Shown here: in pieces, positions 48,435 to 59,001 of the stretch
How the letters are laid out: each line of letters begins with the position of its first letter
Position numbering within the stretch: position 1 is the first letter of the stretch
Assembly: GCA_965221905.1 (NCBI GenBank)
Contig: OZ244922.1
Coordinates: 1,664,001-1,728,000, forward strand
DNA: 64,000 nucleotides
Direction: 5' to 3'
Origin: Chloroflexota bacterium
GTDB taxonomy: Bacteria > Chloroflexota > UBA11872 > VXOZ01
Position numbers and translations under genes: made by a program
Notes under the pieces: model-generated
Database searches by the model: none
What the model was told of the DNA's origin: nothing
Seen by the model: the letters and a program-made list of their open reading frames with translations, nothing else

Positions 48435-49781
48435 CTACCAGAGACAACCGCGATCGTCCAGCCAAATTTGGACTTGATCCTGCGTTTTTTGCAGCGCTTC
48501 GGGTACGGTGAGCGAGCCTTCCAAGATTGCCGGCCACGTCTCATTACGCCAGATATCGTTGAAGTCGCCCTGTTGGATGAGTGTCGGCGTCGCGTTGGCA
48601 ATTTCCGCCATCTTCTTGTAGACGCTCGCGTCCTCGTAGTCCTTGGTCGTGATCGGCTCGCGGCGCAAATCCGCCGGATAGCGTCCGCCGCCCTGTGGGA
48701 CCCAGATCTCCTGCAGGTCGCCGATCACCGTGTGCTTGATGAACTCCCAGCCACCCTCGACGTTCTCGGCCTGAGAACCGAGGTGGATGGCTACCACGGC
48801 ATAGGCGGCCTTGCGACCACCCGGCCCATTCGGGGTCGGCGCCATGCCGACTTCAAACAGGTCATTTGCCGTGACCTGTTCATTGATGCGCCGGATTTGG
48901 AAGTGCCCAGTGTGATAGATGGCCGTGTTCCCCTCGAAGTAGTTGCCGCCCTGCACTCTGTGCTTGTTAAAGGTATCCGCTTGGAACTGTACAGCTTCGC
49001 GGAATTCATCGCTGCCGAAGCCGGCCTGCGAGCAATCCGGATTCCAGAAATCGGCGCCCCACGCCCATGAGTAATACGTCAGCACAGAGGGGACATGCGG
49101 CTGAGTGCCGAGACCGCCCTGGACGACTTGATCGCCTTCGATCTTAGTCAGCTTCTGGGCTGCTTCCAGGGCAGCTTCCCAGGTCCAGTTACCCTCAGCC
49201 TCGAGCTCGGTTGGGGTCTTAAGACCGGCATTGACGATGAGGCTCTTGTTGTACCAGATTTCCCGCGAGTTGATCCACCAGGCCACGCCGTAATTCTGGC
49301 CCTTATGGATCCACTTGGCAGCATCATGGAAGTTGGCGGGATCGATGGCTGGGTCCGTGGCAATGATGGGATCGAGGGCCTGGACAATGTTGCCCGCGAC
49401 AAAGGTACCTACCCACCCAAAATAGCCGTAAATGATGTCAAATTTGAGCCCGCCCGCTTGGGCAGCCGCCGCTTTGGTCGGCAACTCGCCAAACGCAGAG
49501 TCGGCAATCTCTACCTTGTGACCGGGATTCTTCGCCTCAAACGTCTCTACCACCTCTGCCCAACCGTTTTGCCAGGTCTCATTCTGGCCTTCGAGTACGT
49601 GGAGGAAGTTGATCGTCTTTGGGCCTTCTTCCTTGGGCGCTTCCGCCGCCTTGGGCGCATCGGGGGCTTTTTCCGTCTCCGCCGGCGTTACAGGTACAGC
49701 GCCACAGGCTGCTGAAATCGCAACCGCGCCGGTTACCAGCGCGCCGCGCAAGACGGTTCGTCTAGAGAGTGTATCCGCCAT
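48435..49781 (-). CDS. Extracellular solute-binding lipoprotein (sugar-family), Tat-exported
   Basis: SRRTVL twin-arginine signal, ISAAC lipobox, Pro/Ala/Glu linker, WYNK, NWTWE; AGGAGG RBS before MADT. Confidence 0.88.
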   Translation of the reverse strand: MADTLSRRTVLRGALVTGAVAISAACGAVPVTPAETEKAPDAPKAAEAPKEEGPKTINFLHVLEGQNETWQNGWAEVVETFEAKNPGHKVEIADSAFGELPTKAAAAQAGGLKFDIIYGYFGWVGTFVAGNIVQALDPIIATDPAIDPANFHDAAKWIHKGQNYGVAWWINSREIWYNKSLIVNAGLKTPTELEAEGNWTWEAALEAAQKLTKIEGDQVVQGGLGTQPHVPSVLTYYSWAWGADFWNPDCSQAGFGSDEFREAVQFQADTFNKHRVQGGNYFEGNTAIYHTGHFQIRRINEQVTANDLFEVGMAPTPNGPGGRKAAYAVVAIHLGSQAENVEGGWEFIKHTVIGDLQEIWVPQGGGRYPADLRREPITTKDYEDASVYKKMAEIANATPTLIQQGDFNDIWRNETWPAILEGSLTVPEALQKTQDQVQIWLDDRGCLW

Positions 49782-50281
49782 GGTATCCCTCCTTTTAGAG
49801 GAAGACTTCGATAATGGAATTACACGGACAGAAGTGCGGCCGATGCTACATTGTACTCCACCCCCTTTTACTCCATCAAGCCGCTCCGCACCTAATATAG
49901 CAGTGACAAGCATCTCGGCGCAATTATCAAGGACTTGAATTTCCCGGTTGTGTCGCTAGAGCATGCCATAACTTTGCCTTCCCAGGGTTGAAATGACGTC
50001 CGTTGAGCCGGACTTTCCCGGTCAAGCTGCCTCCTTGTCCCGTTGGCGTAGGCGGTCGATACTAGGGTGACGGTAGACATCCTTCTTCAATCCAGGCCTG
50101 TTGCTTCTTCACGTGGCAACCGCTCGCTCCATCATCTAAAGTTAAGTTGATCATTTTGGTTAGCTGATTCACGAGCGCTAAGCCAAGGGTTAACATTGCG
50201 TTGGCTGTCCACTAAGTGAATTCTTGTACAGGACCTAAGGACGATCCAGTTGGTTCCGCAACCTAAATTAAGAAGGAATGA

Positions 50282-51208
50282 ATGAAGAAACTCTCGCAAG
50301 CGGCATTTGAAAGCGCCAAGACTTTTGTTTTGGATCAGGGCAGAGACTTAGACCGAGCACTTATTGCATATAACTTCGAAGCCGGGTCTAAGAATGATGT
50401 CTTGGCTGCGCTGGCGGCGTACCAGAACGACGACGGTGGTTTCGGCCACGGTCTGGAACCCGATCTCAGAACTCCGGCGTCGTCAGTCATTGCGACGACG
50501 GTGGCGTTCCAAAACTTCCGGTCTCTTCGCGTCCCAGCAGACCATCCAATGGTGCGTAGGGGAATTGAATACCTACTCGAAACGTACGATGTGTCCCGGC
50601 AGGTGTGGCCGATTATTCCACCCGAAACTGCTGATGCGCCCCACGCTCCTTGGTGGGACTATGCCGGTAGCGAAGCGGGATTTGGCGGGTTCTTGGTCAA
50701 CCCGCGTGTTGAGATAGTCGGCTACTTGCACGACTACAGCGGAATAGCGCCGACAGACCTGCTGGATACATTGACTACGTCGGTTTTCGAGCACCTGGAA
50801 TCGCTGCCCGATGAAGTGGAGATGCACGACATCATTTGCTTTGTCAGCCTCGCGGAAACCGCATCTCTGCCCCAGCCCTACCGAGACCGCATTTGGGCGA
50901 AACTGGCTAAGGCTGCGGAGCACGGTGTCGCCCGACAGCCTGAGCAATTGAGTGGTTATGTGCTCAAGCCCCTGTACTTGGTATCCTCCCCGGATTCACC
51001 GCTGGCGGCTGGGCTTGCGGACGAAGTGGCGATGAATTTGGATTTCGAGATCGAGCAGCAAGGCGAGGACGGCGCCTGGTCGCCAAACTTCTCATGGGGA
51101 GACCAGTATCCTGAGGCATGGCAGATCGCCAGGAGAGAATGGCAGGCGAGGATTACGCTGAGCACTCTGCGAGTGTTGCGTGATTTCGGTCGCATCGAGA
51201 CCGTCTGA
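50282..51208 (+). CDS. Alpha/alpha-toroid (prenyltransferase/squalene oxidase repeat-like) protein
   Basis: YQNDDGGFGHGLEPD, PHAPWW, QGEDGAW QW-like repeats. Confidence 0.7.
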   Translation: MKKLSQAAFESAKTFVLDQGRDLDRALIAYNFEAGSKNDVLAALAAYQNDDGGFGHGLEPDLRTPASSVIATTVAFQNFRSLRVPADHPMVRRGIEYLLETYDVSRQVWPIIPPETADAPHAPWWDYAGSEAGFGGFLVNPRVEIVGYLHDYSGIAPTDLLDTLTTSVFEHLESLPDEVEMHDIICFVSLAETASLPQPYRDRIWAKLAKAAEHGVARQPEQLSGYVLKPLYLVSSPDSPLAAGLADEVAMNLDFEIEQQGEDGAWSPNFSWGDQYPEAWQIARREWQARITLSTLRVLRDFGRIETV

Positions 51209-51311
51209 GTCAGCGTTGCCTTTCTCGCCCCTAGGCTGGCGCCTGACCCTTGGAGGGTGCTGTCCGCGCTAAGCGCCTTGCCTGAGATGATGTGTACGTT
51301 TCGCGCCAAGA

Positions 51312-51336
51312 AGCGGGGGACAAACCTCCGCGCTAC
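51312..51336. repeat. REP-like hairpin, family E (GCGGGGGACAA.CC.CCGC)
   Basis: Related to the hairpin at 61693-61727. Confidence 0.55.
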
Positions 51337-51403
51337 GGCTGGTTAGCAAGGATTGAGCGTACTACGCGGCAAGAGAACATAACTGCGGCAAGGTGCTCAG
51401 CAA

Positions 51404-51510
51404 CGTTCGCCCTGAGCTTGTCGAAGGGCGAACGTTGCAATGGGGAAGCGGCGTTAGAAATGCCGTTCATGCTTCGACAGGGACTTGGCGGAGCCGCCTC
51501 AGCACGAACG
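51404..51510. repeat. REP-like doublet, family B
   Basis: CGTTCGCCCTGAGCTTGTCGAAGGGCGAACG ... CTTCGACAG ... CTCAGCACGAACGG. Confidence 0.7.
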
Positions 51511-51557
51511 GTTTTCATGGGCCTTGCAAACACTCTCCTAAACGCGCGCGGCTGGCC

Positions 51558-52280
51558 TTAAGGCACGTCCATGGTGCGCAGGCGATACAACGCAAGCAAG
51601 AAGAAGGCCACGATCACGACGCCGGTCCCAACGATTGCGGCGGGAAACTCAATTACGCGGGCTTCGAGGGATGCAAAGCTGCTCCCGTCCATGCCGTGAA
51701 GAAGCGCCAGTGTATAGCCGCGTACACTGAGATAGCGAACGCCGCTTATGATGGTGCTCAGCAGCCCTTCCCACACGAGCACGTACACCAGACCGTAGGC
51801 GAGCGCCCGTGGGGTCAGCAGTCCGGCCAGAGTGAAGATCGAGGCGTAGGCGGTCACACCCGCTACGAGAGCAACCGCGAGCGTGCCGAGAGTAGCGATC
51901 TCAGCGCCTATCAGCGCAGACGCCACGAGCCCGCTTGCCACTACCAATGGCAGGGCCACGACCAATGTCGCAAGCAGTTTTGCAAGCACAATATACACTC
52001 GCGAGACCGGTTTAAGCACAAGATAGTAGAGGGTCTTGTCTTCGAGTTCGTTGCCGAAAGCGGCCGTGGCTAGGGCCATCGTAACGATTGGCATGATGCC
52101 GCCGATGACCATGCCGTCGACTATGGTGTCAATGAATTCCTGTTCGAATCCGATGTCTGACTCGCCTAGGAGTCTTATCAATAGGATGAGCAATGTCGGA
52201 AGGGCAGCTAGGAGCAGAATGACGAGCACGCGCCAGCGGCTAAGAAGCTGCCGGAGTGAGAGCAAGAATACCTCAGCCAT
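51558..52280 (-). CDS. ABC-2 type transporter permease
   Basis: About six TM segments; ELEDKTLYYLVLKPVSR motif. Confidence 0.88.
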   Translation of the reverse strand: MAEVFLLSLRQLLSRWRVLVILLLAALPTLLILLIRLLGESDIGFEQEFIDTIVDGMVIGGIMPIVTMALATAAFGNELEDKTLYYLVLKPVSRVYIVLAKLLATLVVALPLVVASGLVASALIGAEIATLGTLAVALVAGVTAYASIFTLAGLLTPRALAYGLVYVLVWEGLLSTIISGVRYLSVRGYTLALLHGMDGSSFASLEARVIEFPAAIVGTGVVIVAFFLLALYRLRTMDVP

Positions 52281-53210
52281 CTAGCCCTCCACGATGTAGC
52301 TGAAAACGCTCTCGAGCGAATCGTCCAGCGGTTCCACGCGCTCGAGGCGAATATTGCGGTCCTTGGCCATGCGAGCAAGCGAGCGTTGCAGTACTGCCAC
52401 GTTCCTACTGAGTACGATCACGTCGTTGTCGGCTCCCAGCGAGACCGATTCGATGGTCTCCAACTCGATAAGCGCTGCCGCCATCTGTCGAGGTTCGCTG
52501 GACACGATGCGCACGTTATAAGGTTGCTCGTCGAGCTTGGCGCGAATCGCCCGGAAGTCGCCGGAAGCGGCCAATTTGCCGCTTACCATCAGGAGAATCC
52601 GGTCGGCCAGGGTTTCGACCTCTTCCAAGATGTGCGAAGAGATCAAGATTGTCCGGCCTTCGTCCGCCAGGTGGCGCATGAGATCGTGGAACTCCAGGCG
52701 CTGGCGCGGGTCGGTGCCGTTTAGCGGTTCATCGAGGATGATCGCCTCGGGCTCGTGCACGATGGTTGCTGCCAGTCGCATTCGTTGTCGCATCCCGCGC
52801 GAGTACGTGCCAAGCGGTCGGTGCTGCGCATCGGTCAGTCCCACGCGCTCGATGGCGCGTTCGGTTGCTTCATCTATGGCGGTAACGCCGTGTAGCTTGG
52901 CGGACCACTCGACGAATTGTCTGCCGGTCTGGAAGCCGTACACGGCCTCGTGCTCCGACATGACACCGACGCGGCGAAAGAGATTCGGGTTGTTGCGCGG
53001 CGATTGTCCAAAGATGGTGACAGAGCCGTCCGATGGGGAGGCAAGGCCTTCGATCATCTTTAGGAGCGTCGTCTTGCCCGCGCCGTTCGGACCCAGCAAG
53101 CCGGTGATCCCCTGCTCGACGGTGAGGGTAACGTCGTTTACCGCCACGACGCTCCCATACCATTTCGAAATACTCTCGACGGCAATGATAGGAGCATCAG
53201 GGCCGGTCAT
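52281..53210 (-). CDS. ABC transporter ATP-binding protein
   Basis: GPNGAGKT, YSRGMRQ, ILDEP, SSH. Confidence 0.93.
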   Translation of the reverse strand: MTGPDAPIIAVESISKWYGSVVAVNDVTLTVEQGITGLLGPNGAGKTTLLKMIEGLASPSDGSVTIFGQSPRNNPNLFRRVGVMSEHEAVYGFQTGRQFVEWSAKLHGVTAIDEATERAIERVGLTDAQHRPLGTYSRGMRQRMRLAATIVHEPEAIILDEPLNGTDPRQRLEFHDLMRHLADEGRTILISSHILEEVETLADRILLMVSGKLAASGDFRAIRAKLDEQPYNVRIVSSEPRQMAAALIELETIESVSLGADNDVIVLSRNVAVLQRSLARMAKDRNIRLERVEPLDDSLESVFSYIVEG

Positions 53211-54163
53211 ATCTTCATTCTCCAGTACCGCAGCAACAGGAGCGCACCCGGTCCGACGACCAAGAGACCATACCAGCCTATGGGTACGGCCAGGGGCAGC
53301 TCGGCGACAAGGGCGGACGCGTCATCTTGGGTGTCATCGTCGAACATCAGGTCGCTGAGGTGCGTGGGAGCGCGGCCAACGTCCAGCAGCACGAACCACT
53401 TGGCATAGTCGCCGGTTAAGCGTCCACATTCTTCTACCCCATCCTCGGCGACAACTTCACCGCTGTCCACGGCATACGACACCGAGGTCTCGCACCATTC
53501 GGTTGTGAGCAGTCCCGACATCGGCGTGGTGATCACAAAGAGTGCGATGACAAACGCCGCGGCGTAGGCCCGCCGGTCGGTGAATGCCGCTACTGCCATT
53601 GGAATGGTCGTTACAAACACGGTGATGATGACTCCGGCCAAGATGAAGCTGGGTATGTCCAGCCAGTTCTCCCGCAGGAATTCACCAGGCTTCTCCGCTA
53701 AGAGCAGGTTTCCGGCGAGTACGAGCACCTGTCCCATAAGAGTGACCGCGAGCGTGACGCAGAGAAATGCCGACCAACGTGCCGCGACGTAGTCGAAGGC
53801 GGTCAGAGGCCGCACCAGGTAAAGAGTAGTGACACCGCTCCGCCGATCGGGAATGAGCAGCTCCGGTGCGATGATGGCTGAGAAGAGAAGCAGAAGTATC
53901 GCCGTAGCTTCGTAGAAATCAGCATGGCTGACCTGTTCCGCAACCGGCAATACCGCTGCCAACACGAGGAAGACGGCAGGCGGGGCAACGACGAAGAGTG
54001 ACATGAGCACCGGCAAGATCTTAGCGCGGGCGCCCCGACCTAAGCCAAGGGTCGTTCGGAAGCTATTCACCCACAATGAACGCACGGCTTGAATCCTGCC
54101 GCCGCGTGGGCCGTCGTAGTGTTGGTAACCGAGATCGTAGATCTCGCCCTGCGCCTCAGTCAT
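53207..54163 (-). CDS. ABC-2 type transporter permease
   Basis: Multiple TM segments; DRRSGVTTLYLVRPL motif. Confidence 0.85.
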   Translation of the reverse strand: MTEAQGEIYDLGYQHYDGPRGGRIQAVRSLWVNSFRTTLGLGRGARAKILPVLMSLFVVAPPAVFLVLAAVLPVAEQVSHADFYEATAILLLLFSAIIAPELLIPDRRSGVTTLYLVRPLTAFDYVAARWSAFLCVTLAVTLMGQVLVLAGNLLLAEKPGEFLRENWLDIPSFILAGVIITVFVTTIPMAVAAFTDRRAYAAAFVIALFVITTPMSGLLTTEWCETSVSYAVDSGEVVAEDGVEECGRLTGDYAKWFVLLDVGRAPTHLSDLMFDDDTQDDASALVAELPLAVPIGWYGLLVVGPGALLLLRYWRMKI

Positions 54164-55080
54164 CCTGCATTCCTCCGGAAGATGTCTGAGAGTTCGCCGC
54201 GACTGGGGGCGAGTCGCCGCAACCGGGCCTTTGCCTTTACCAGCGCGTCGCGGACGTCGTCGAGTTGGTCGTCACCATGCAATCGGACCACCAGCGATGC
54301 TCCACTAATAGACGCCTTGATGCCACGGACTTCGAGAGCGGTAATCACCTCTTCACGACGATCGTCCACGTCGAGGTAAAACGTCTCGGTCTCTTGCGTG
54401 AAATCGGACACGTCGCCCTGCTCGATGATGCTGCCGCCTTCGATCACGACGATGCGGTCGCAGGTACTCTCAACATCCCCCATGAGGTGTGACGAAAGCA
54501 TGATATTGATACCGAATTGCTTGCCGGTCCGCCGCACGAGTTCCAGCATCTCTTCGCGTCCGCCCGGGTCAAGGCCGGCGGTTGGTTCGTCGAGCAGCAC
54601 CATCACCGGGTCGTGCACCAGGGCTTGTGCCAGCTTCACACGCTGCTTCATGCCGGTGGAGTATTCTTTGATGTGGCGGTAGCGTTCTTCATCCAGGCCC
54701 ACGTGCCGGAGCATGTCGGCGGCGCGGGTGCGGGCGTGTTTGGGAGGAATGCCGCTCACCTGGGCCATGTGACTGAGAAATTCCGATGCCGTGAGAAAGT
54801 CTGGCAGGCAATCGTGCTCCGGCATGTAGCCCAGACGCATGCGAATGGCGACATCTTCGTAGGGCTTCTCTCCCAAGACCGTTGCCGCGCCGGCGGTGGG
54901 CCTGAGCAACCCGAGAAACAGCTTCATAGCCGTGCTCTTGCCCGCGCCGTTCGGCCCCAACAATCCCGTGATACCTTCGCGAACCTGCATATCAACTTCG
55001 TGCAGCGCGATTGTTTGGCCGTAGTGCTTGGTCAGGTTTTCTGCTTCGATAAGAGGTTCGCCCACTGTTGTTCCGTTCAT
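54160..55080 (-). CDS. ABC transporter ATP-binding protein
   Basis: GPNGAGKS, YSTGMKQ, LLDEP, SSH. Confidence 0.93.
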   Translation of the reverse strand: MNGTTVGEPLIEAENLTKHYGQTIALHEVDMQVREGITGLLGPNGAGKSTAMKLFLGLLRPTAGAATVLGEKPYEDVAIRMRLGYMPEHDCLPDFLTASEFLSHMAQVSGIPPKHARTRAADMLRHVGLDEERYRHIKEYSTGMKQRVKLAQALVHDPVMVLLDEPTAGLDPGGREEMLELVRRTGKQFGINIMLSSHLMGDVESTCDRIVVIEGGSIIEQGDVSDFTQETETFYLDVDDRREEVITALEVRGIKASISGASLVVRLHGDDQLDDVRDALVKAKARLRRLAPSRGELSDIFRRNAG

Positions 55081-55150
55081 AGGCTCTGATGCAGGGCTAC
55101 ACTTCCAGCCTTAGGGTAGTTACGGTTTAGCTTTAGGAATAAATAGATTG

Positions 55151-55186
55151 TTTATAATTATAAATGTCTAATCAGAATGGTGTCAA
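55151..55186 (-). promoter_or_regulatory. Consensus sigma70 promoter with palindromic operator over the -10 box
   Basis: Minus strand TTGACA-N18-TATAAT; perfect palindrome TTTATAATTATAAA at 55151-55164. Confidence 0.7.
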
Positions 55187-55318
55187 ATAAAGTCAAGTGA
55201 TTGATAGAAAAACTGTAAGCGAAGTTATGATTTCCATTGACAGGATACAAGGGGTGTGGCATTGGAGCAAACAGGACGTACAGACTGAAGGCGTACGGAT
55301 TGAGGCAGCCAGTGTGTG

Positions 55319-57142
55319 CTAGCGGTACCAACTCGCCTGCATCGAGTAGAGTTCGGCGTAGCGCCCATTTGCGGCCATGAGTTCCTGATGGGAACCGGTC
55401 TCTATGATGCCTCCGTCCTCAAGTACCATGATGTTATCCGCCATGCGCACGGTAGAGAATCGATGCGAGATTATGAGAGCCGTCTTACCGGCAATCAACT
55501 CTCGGAAACGTTGGAAGAGGTGGTACTCGGCCTCGGCATCCAGCGCAGCGGTCGGCTCATCGAGAATTACGAGCGCGGCATCGCGCATGAAGCCGCGCGC
55601 CAGCGCAACCTTCTGCCACTCCCCGCCGGAGAGCTCCACCCCGCCTGAGAATCGGCGGGTGAGTTGCGTGTCGTAACCTCTTTCTAATCCGGCAGCCACC
55701 TGGTCTGCTCCCGCCCAGACTGCCGCTTGCCGCATGCGCTCCTCGCTCGCGTCCAGACCGCCGCTGCCCACCGTGATGTTTTCCCCAAGGCTCAAGGCAA
55801 AGCGCGCAAAGTCCTGGTAAACAACGGCGATGCGCCGACGCAGGCTCTCCAAGTCGTACTCGTGTAAGGGCTGGCCATCCAGCAGGATTTCTCCCTCCAC
55901 GGGGTCGTACATGCGGGTAAGCAGCTTGACGAGCGTACTCTTGCCGGCGCCGTTGACACCCACCAGTGCGGTTACCTTGCCTGCAGGGAGTGCCGCACTG
56001 ACTCCACACAGGACATCTGATTCGCCCTCTGGGTATTGGAACGTGACGTTCCGCAGCGAAATACCCTGTTGGAGAAGTGTAGGTGCGTCGAGGGCGTCGG
56101 CAGGAGCGGGAAGTGCAATCCGCGGCTCGCTGCTGTCCAGGAAGCTGAAGATGGTGTCGAGCCGCAAAGTCGTTTCGTAGAGCCTGCCCACCCATTGTCC
56201 TATGTAGCGGAGCGCCGTTTCGGACTGAGTGATGGCGCCGAGATAGAGGGCGATGTCTCCCACGGTGAGTTGGCCCGCTCCGGCCTGAGCCGCCACGTAC
56301 CAGAATCCGCCGCCCAAAGCCGCGGCATAGAGGGCGCCAAAGAAGCCGTTGCTCCGCAGGTGTTTCAGTCGCACCCGATCGAGCTCGCGGAGTGCCCGCA
56401 GACGCCGCTCTTCGAAACGTTGGAGGAAGAGGCCGCCCAAGCCAAAGACGCGCACTTCCTTGGCCGATTGTGGTTCAGTGGCTACCTGAGTGTAATACGC
56501 CATCTCACGAGCCGCGCGAGATTGCTCTTCGATGGCCTTGTGGCGGTTTCTCGCCATGCGCCGCTCGCTAATGAGGTAGGGAATGGTTGCGAGTAACAGG
56601 ACCAGGGGTATGAGCGGATGCAGCCGCACGAGCAGAACGAGCAGACCCGCCAAGGTCAAGGCAGGGCGCAAGCCGCTCTGCAGGAACCCCACCAGCCGGG
56701 GCACGATGCGGCTGCCAAACATGGCATGCGCAAGTCTCTCTTGGAAGGACGGCCGCTCAATGTCATAGAGATCTACCATGCGACCGCCTGCCGCCATGAG
56801 ACGACGGTCGAATTCGCCAAGGGCCCGCTCTTCCAGCCTCGCGGTGATAGCTTCCTGAACGGGCTCCAGGGCTGTCTTCAAGACCATTATCAAGGCGTAG
56901 AATGCGGCTGTTAGCAAAATAGCAGACAGCGCTATTGCGGCCCCGCCCACTGCGAGCGCGAGCTGGTCCAATAGCACCTTGGCGAGCCACACTTGAGCAA
57001 CCGGCATAGCTGAAGTTAGCAAAGCCAGAGCTACGAAGATCGTCGCCACGCCCGGTGTCGGCGCTAGGCCCAGGTGGAGCCCGCGACCGAAGAGGACGAT
57101 GGTGGACCGCACCATGCGGAGTTGCTTTAACAATAGATTCAC
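55319..57142 (-). CDS. Fused permease/ATPase ABC exporter (half of a probable heterodimer)
   Basis: TM domain, AKEVRVFGL, GVNGAGKS, LSGGEWQ, ILDEP; GTG start overlaps the upstream stop (GTGA). Confidence 0.9.
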   Translation of the reverse strand: MNLLLKQLRMVRSTIVLFGRGLHLGLAPTPGVATIFVALALLTSAMPVAQVWLAKVLLDQLALAVGGAAIALSAILLTAAFYALIMVLKTALEPVQEAITARLEERALGEFDRRLMAAGGRMVDLYDIERPSFQERLAHAMFGSRIVPRLVGFLQSGLRPALTLAGLLVLLVRLHPLIPLVLLLATIPYLISERRMARNRHKAIEEQSRAAREMAYYTQVATEPQSAKEVRVFGLGGLFLQRFEERRLRALRELDRVRLKHLRSNGFFGALYAAALGGGFWYVAAQAGAGQLTVGDIALYLGAITQSETALRYIGQWVGRLYETTLRLDTIFSFLDSSEPRIALPAPADALDAPTLLQQGISLRNVTFQYPEGESDVLCGVSAALPAGKVTALVGVNGAGKSTLVKLLTRMYDPVEGEILLDGQPLHEYDLESLRRRIAVVYQDFARFALSLGENITVGSGGLDASEERMRQAAVWAGADQVAAGLERGYDTQLTRRFSGGVELSGGEWQKVALARGFMRDAALVILDEPTAALDAEAEYHLFQRFRELIAGKTALIISHRFSTVRMADNIMVLEDGGIIETGSHQELMAANGRYAELYSMQASWYR

Positions 57143-59001
57143 GCCCCGTCTTCCTCTTGCGTTGCATCCGTATACTGCGCTGCCTGCAGTCGGTAAAGGC
57201 GAGCGTACCCTCCGTCCTGCGCCGTGAGTTGGTCGTGGGTACCTGCTTCGGCAATACGCCCATCTGCCAAGTACAGGATGCGGTCGGCCATGCGCACCGT
57301 GGAGAAGCGGTGACTGATGAGCACGGTGATCTTGTCCCGCGTTAGCGCGTGGAAGCGCTGGTACACTGCGTACTCGGTCTCCACGTCCAGCGCAGCGGTC
57401 GGTTCGTCGAGAACAATGAGTGGAGCGTCCCGCATGAAGCCCCGCGCCAACGCGAGTCTTTGCCACTCGCCGCCGGAGAGTTCGCGTCCGCCGAATTGCC
57501 GGCCCAATTGGGTCTCAAGACCGTCCGGCAACCTCTCGAAGACCTCGTCGGCGCCGGATTGGGCGGCAGCGGCGAGGATACGCTCTTCGTCGTCAAACAC
57601 TTCCACCTGACCCAGCCCTACGTTCTCGCCTGCCGTCAGCTCGTATTGGACGAAATCCTGGAAGATCACACCCATTCTGCGACGCAGATCGGCTAGGTCA
57701 TACTCGCGCAAATCGACGCCATCTAACAGAATGCGCCCGCCGGTAGGATCGTAGAAGCGCAGCAGCAACTTGACGATGGTTGTCTTGCCGGCTCCGTTGT
57801 GCCCCACGAGCGCCGTGGATTGGCCCGGCTCGAAATGGAATGAAACATCCTCCAATACCGGCTTGTTGGTGCCTGGATAAGTGAAGCCGACGTGTTCGAA
57901 GACGATGCCTTCCCGGATAGGGCTTGGCGTCGGTTTGGGTTGGCTGGGCTGTGGCAAGTCCGGTGGCGCTTCCAGGATGCGCTTCAGTGTGCGCAGTCTG
58001 CTAAAGGCGAGAGGGAGAAAGCCCATTTGAAATCCAACATAGAGGAGTTGCTGGTGGAGTAAGGCGGCCGCCCCACCGTAGAGCAAGAAGGCGCCCAAGG
58101 ACTCTTCACCGAGAAACACACGCCACGCCAGCCAGACCCAGAGCACGCCAACCCCCAGCGCTGCAAGCAAACTTGCCAGCGTTACGCGCGGCACCATGGA
58201 GTGGCGTACGCGGTAGAGCAACTCCAAGGTGCGGTCGAAGATGGTTGTGTATCGCTGCGCGAAAAACTCGTTCAGTCCGTAGAAGCGCACATCCTTAGCG
58301 GGTTCGGGGGTCAACATCATGCCGCGGCTGTACTCGAGACGGCGTGTCTCAGGGGTCTGCACATAAAGATGACTGCCCATGCGGTCGGAAAAGTCCCACC
58401 GCTGCCCAATGGCTGGGAGCGTGAGCAGTAGGAGTACTATCGGCACAAGGGGATGCAAGGCCGCCAAGACCACTGCCATACCAATGGCGGTGAGAAGGGA
58501 TAACGCCGCGAACTCACCGGTTCTCATGATGTCCATCCCGCCGCCGCTAACGTACCGGCGGGCGTGTGCCAGATCGTCGGCAAATTGTGGGTTCTCGAAC
58601 CGTGCCAGGCCCTGCCAGCTATTGGCGACGCGGATCAGTTCACGCCCAACGAAGCCCGTGATGCGATCATCCACCATGACCGGAAACGTGGCGGAAAGGG
58701 GCTGCAAGAATTGGGAGAGGGCGACCGCCGCGGCCGCAAGGCCGATCCAAGCGCCAAGGGGAAGTAGCCGCACCACGTCAGGTGCTTGCGCGGTCAATCC
58801 AAGGTCGAACGTGAGCCGGTCTACCAGGGCCTGCGTGAACCAGAGGAGCAGGGGCGGGAGGGACGCCTGCACGGCGAACAACAGCAAGAGGAGGCTGCCC
58901 AGAAGCGGCTGGGCGCGCCATGCCAGCCAGACAGCCAGGCGACATAGATGGAGCGTCTCCGGCGCCCGCTTGAAGAAAGACCTCTCATGATGTGGGACCA
59001 T
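57139..59001 (-). CDS. Fused permease/ATPase ABC exporter (other half)
   Basis: TM domain, AKDVRFYGL, GHNGAGKT, LSGGEWQ, VLDEP. Confidence 0.9.
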   Translation of the reverse strand: MVPHHERSFFKRAPETLHLCRLAVWLAWRAQPLLGSLLLLLFAVQASLPPLLLWFTQALVDRLTFDLGLTAQAPDVVRLLPLGAWIGLAAAAVALSQFLQPLSATFPVMVDDRITGFVGRELIRVANSWQGLARFENPQFADDLAHARRYVSGGGMDIMRTGEFAALSLLTAIGMAVVLAALHPLVPIVLLLLTLPAIGQRWDFSDRMGSHLYVQTPETRRLEYSRGMMLTPEPAKDVRFYGLNEFFAQRYTTIFDRTLELLYRVRHSMVPRVTLASLLAALGVGVLWVWLAWRVFLGEESLGAFLLYGGAAALLHQQLLYVGFQMGFLPLAFSRLRTLKRILEAPPDLPQPSQPKPTPSPIREGIVFEHVGFTYPGTNKPVLEDVSFHFEPGQSTALVGHNGAGKTTIVKLLLRFYDPTGGRILLDGVDLREYDLADLRRRMGVIFQDFVQYELTAGENVGLGQVEVFDDEERILAAAAQSGADEVFERLPDGLETQLGRQFGGRELSGGEWQRLALARGFMRDAPLIVLDEPTAALDVETEYAVYQRFHALTRDKITVLISHRFSTVRMADRILYLADGRIAEAGTHDQLTAQDGGYARLYRLQAAQYTDATQEEDGA

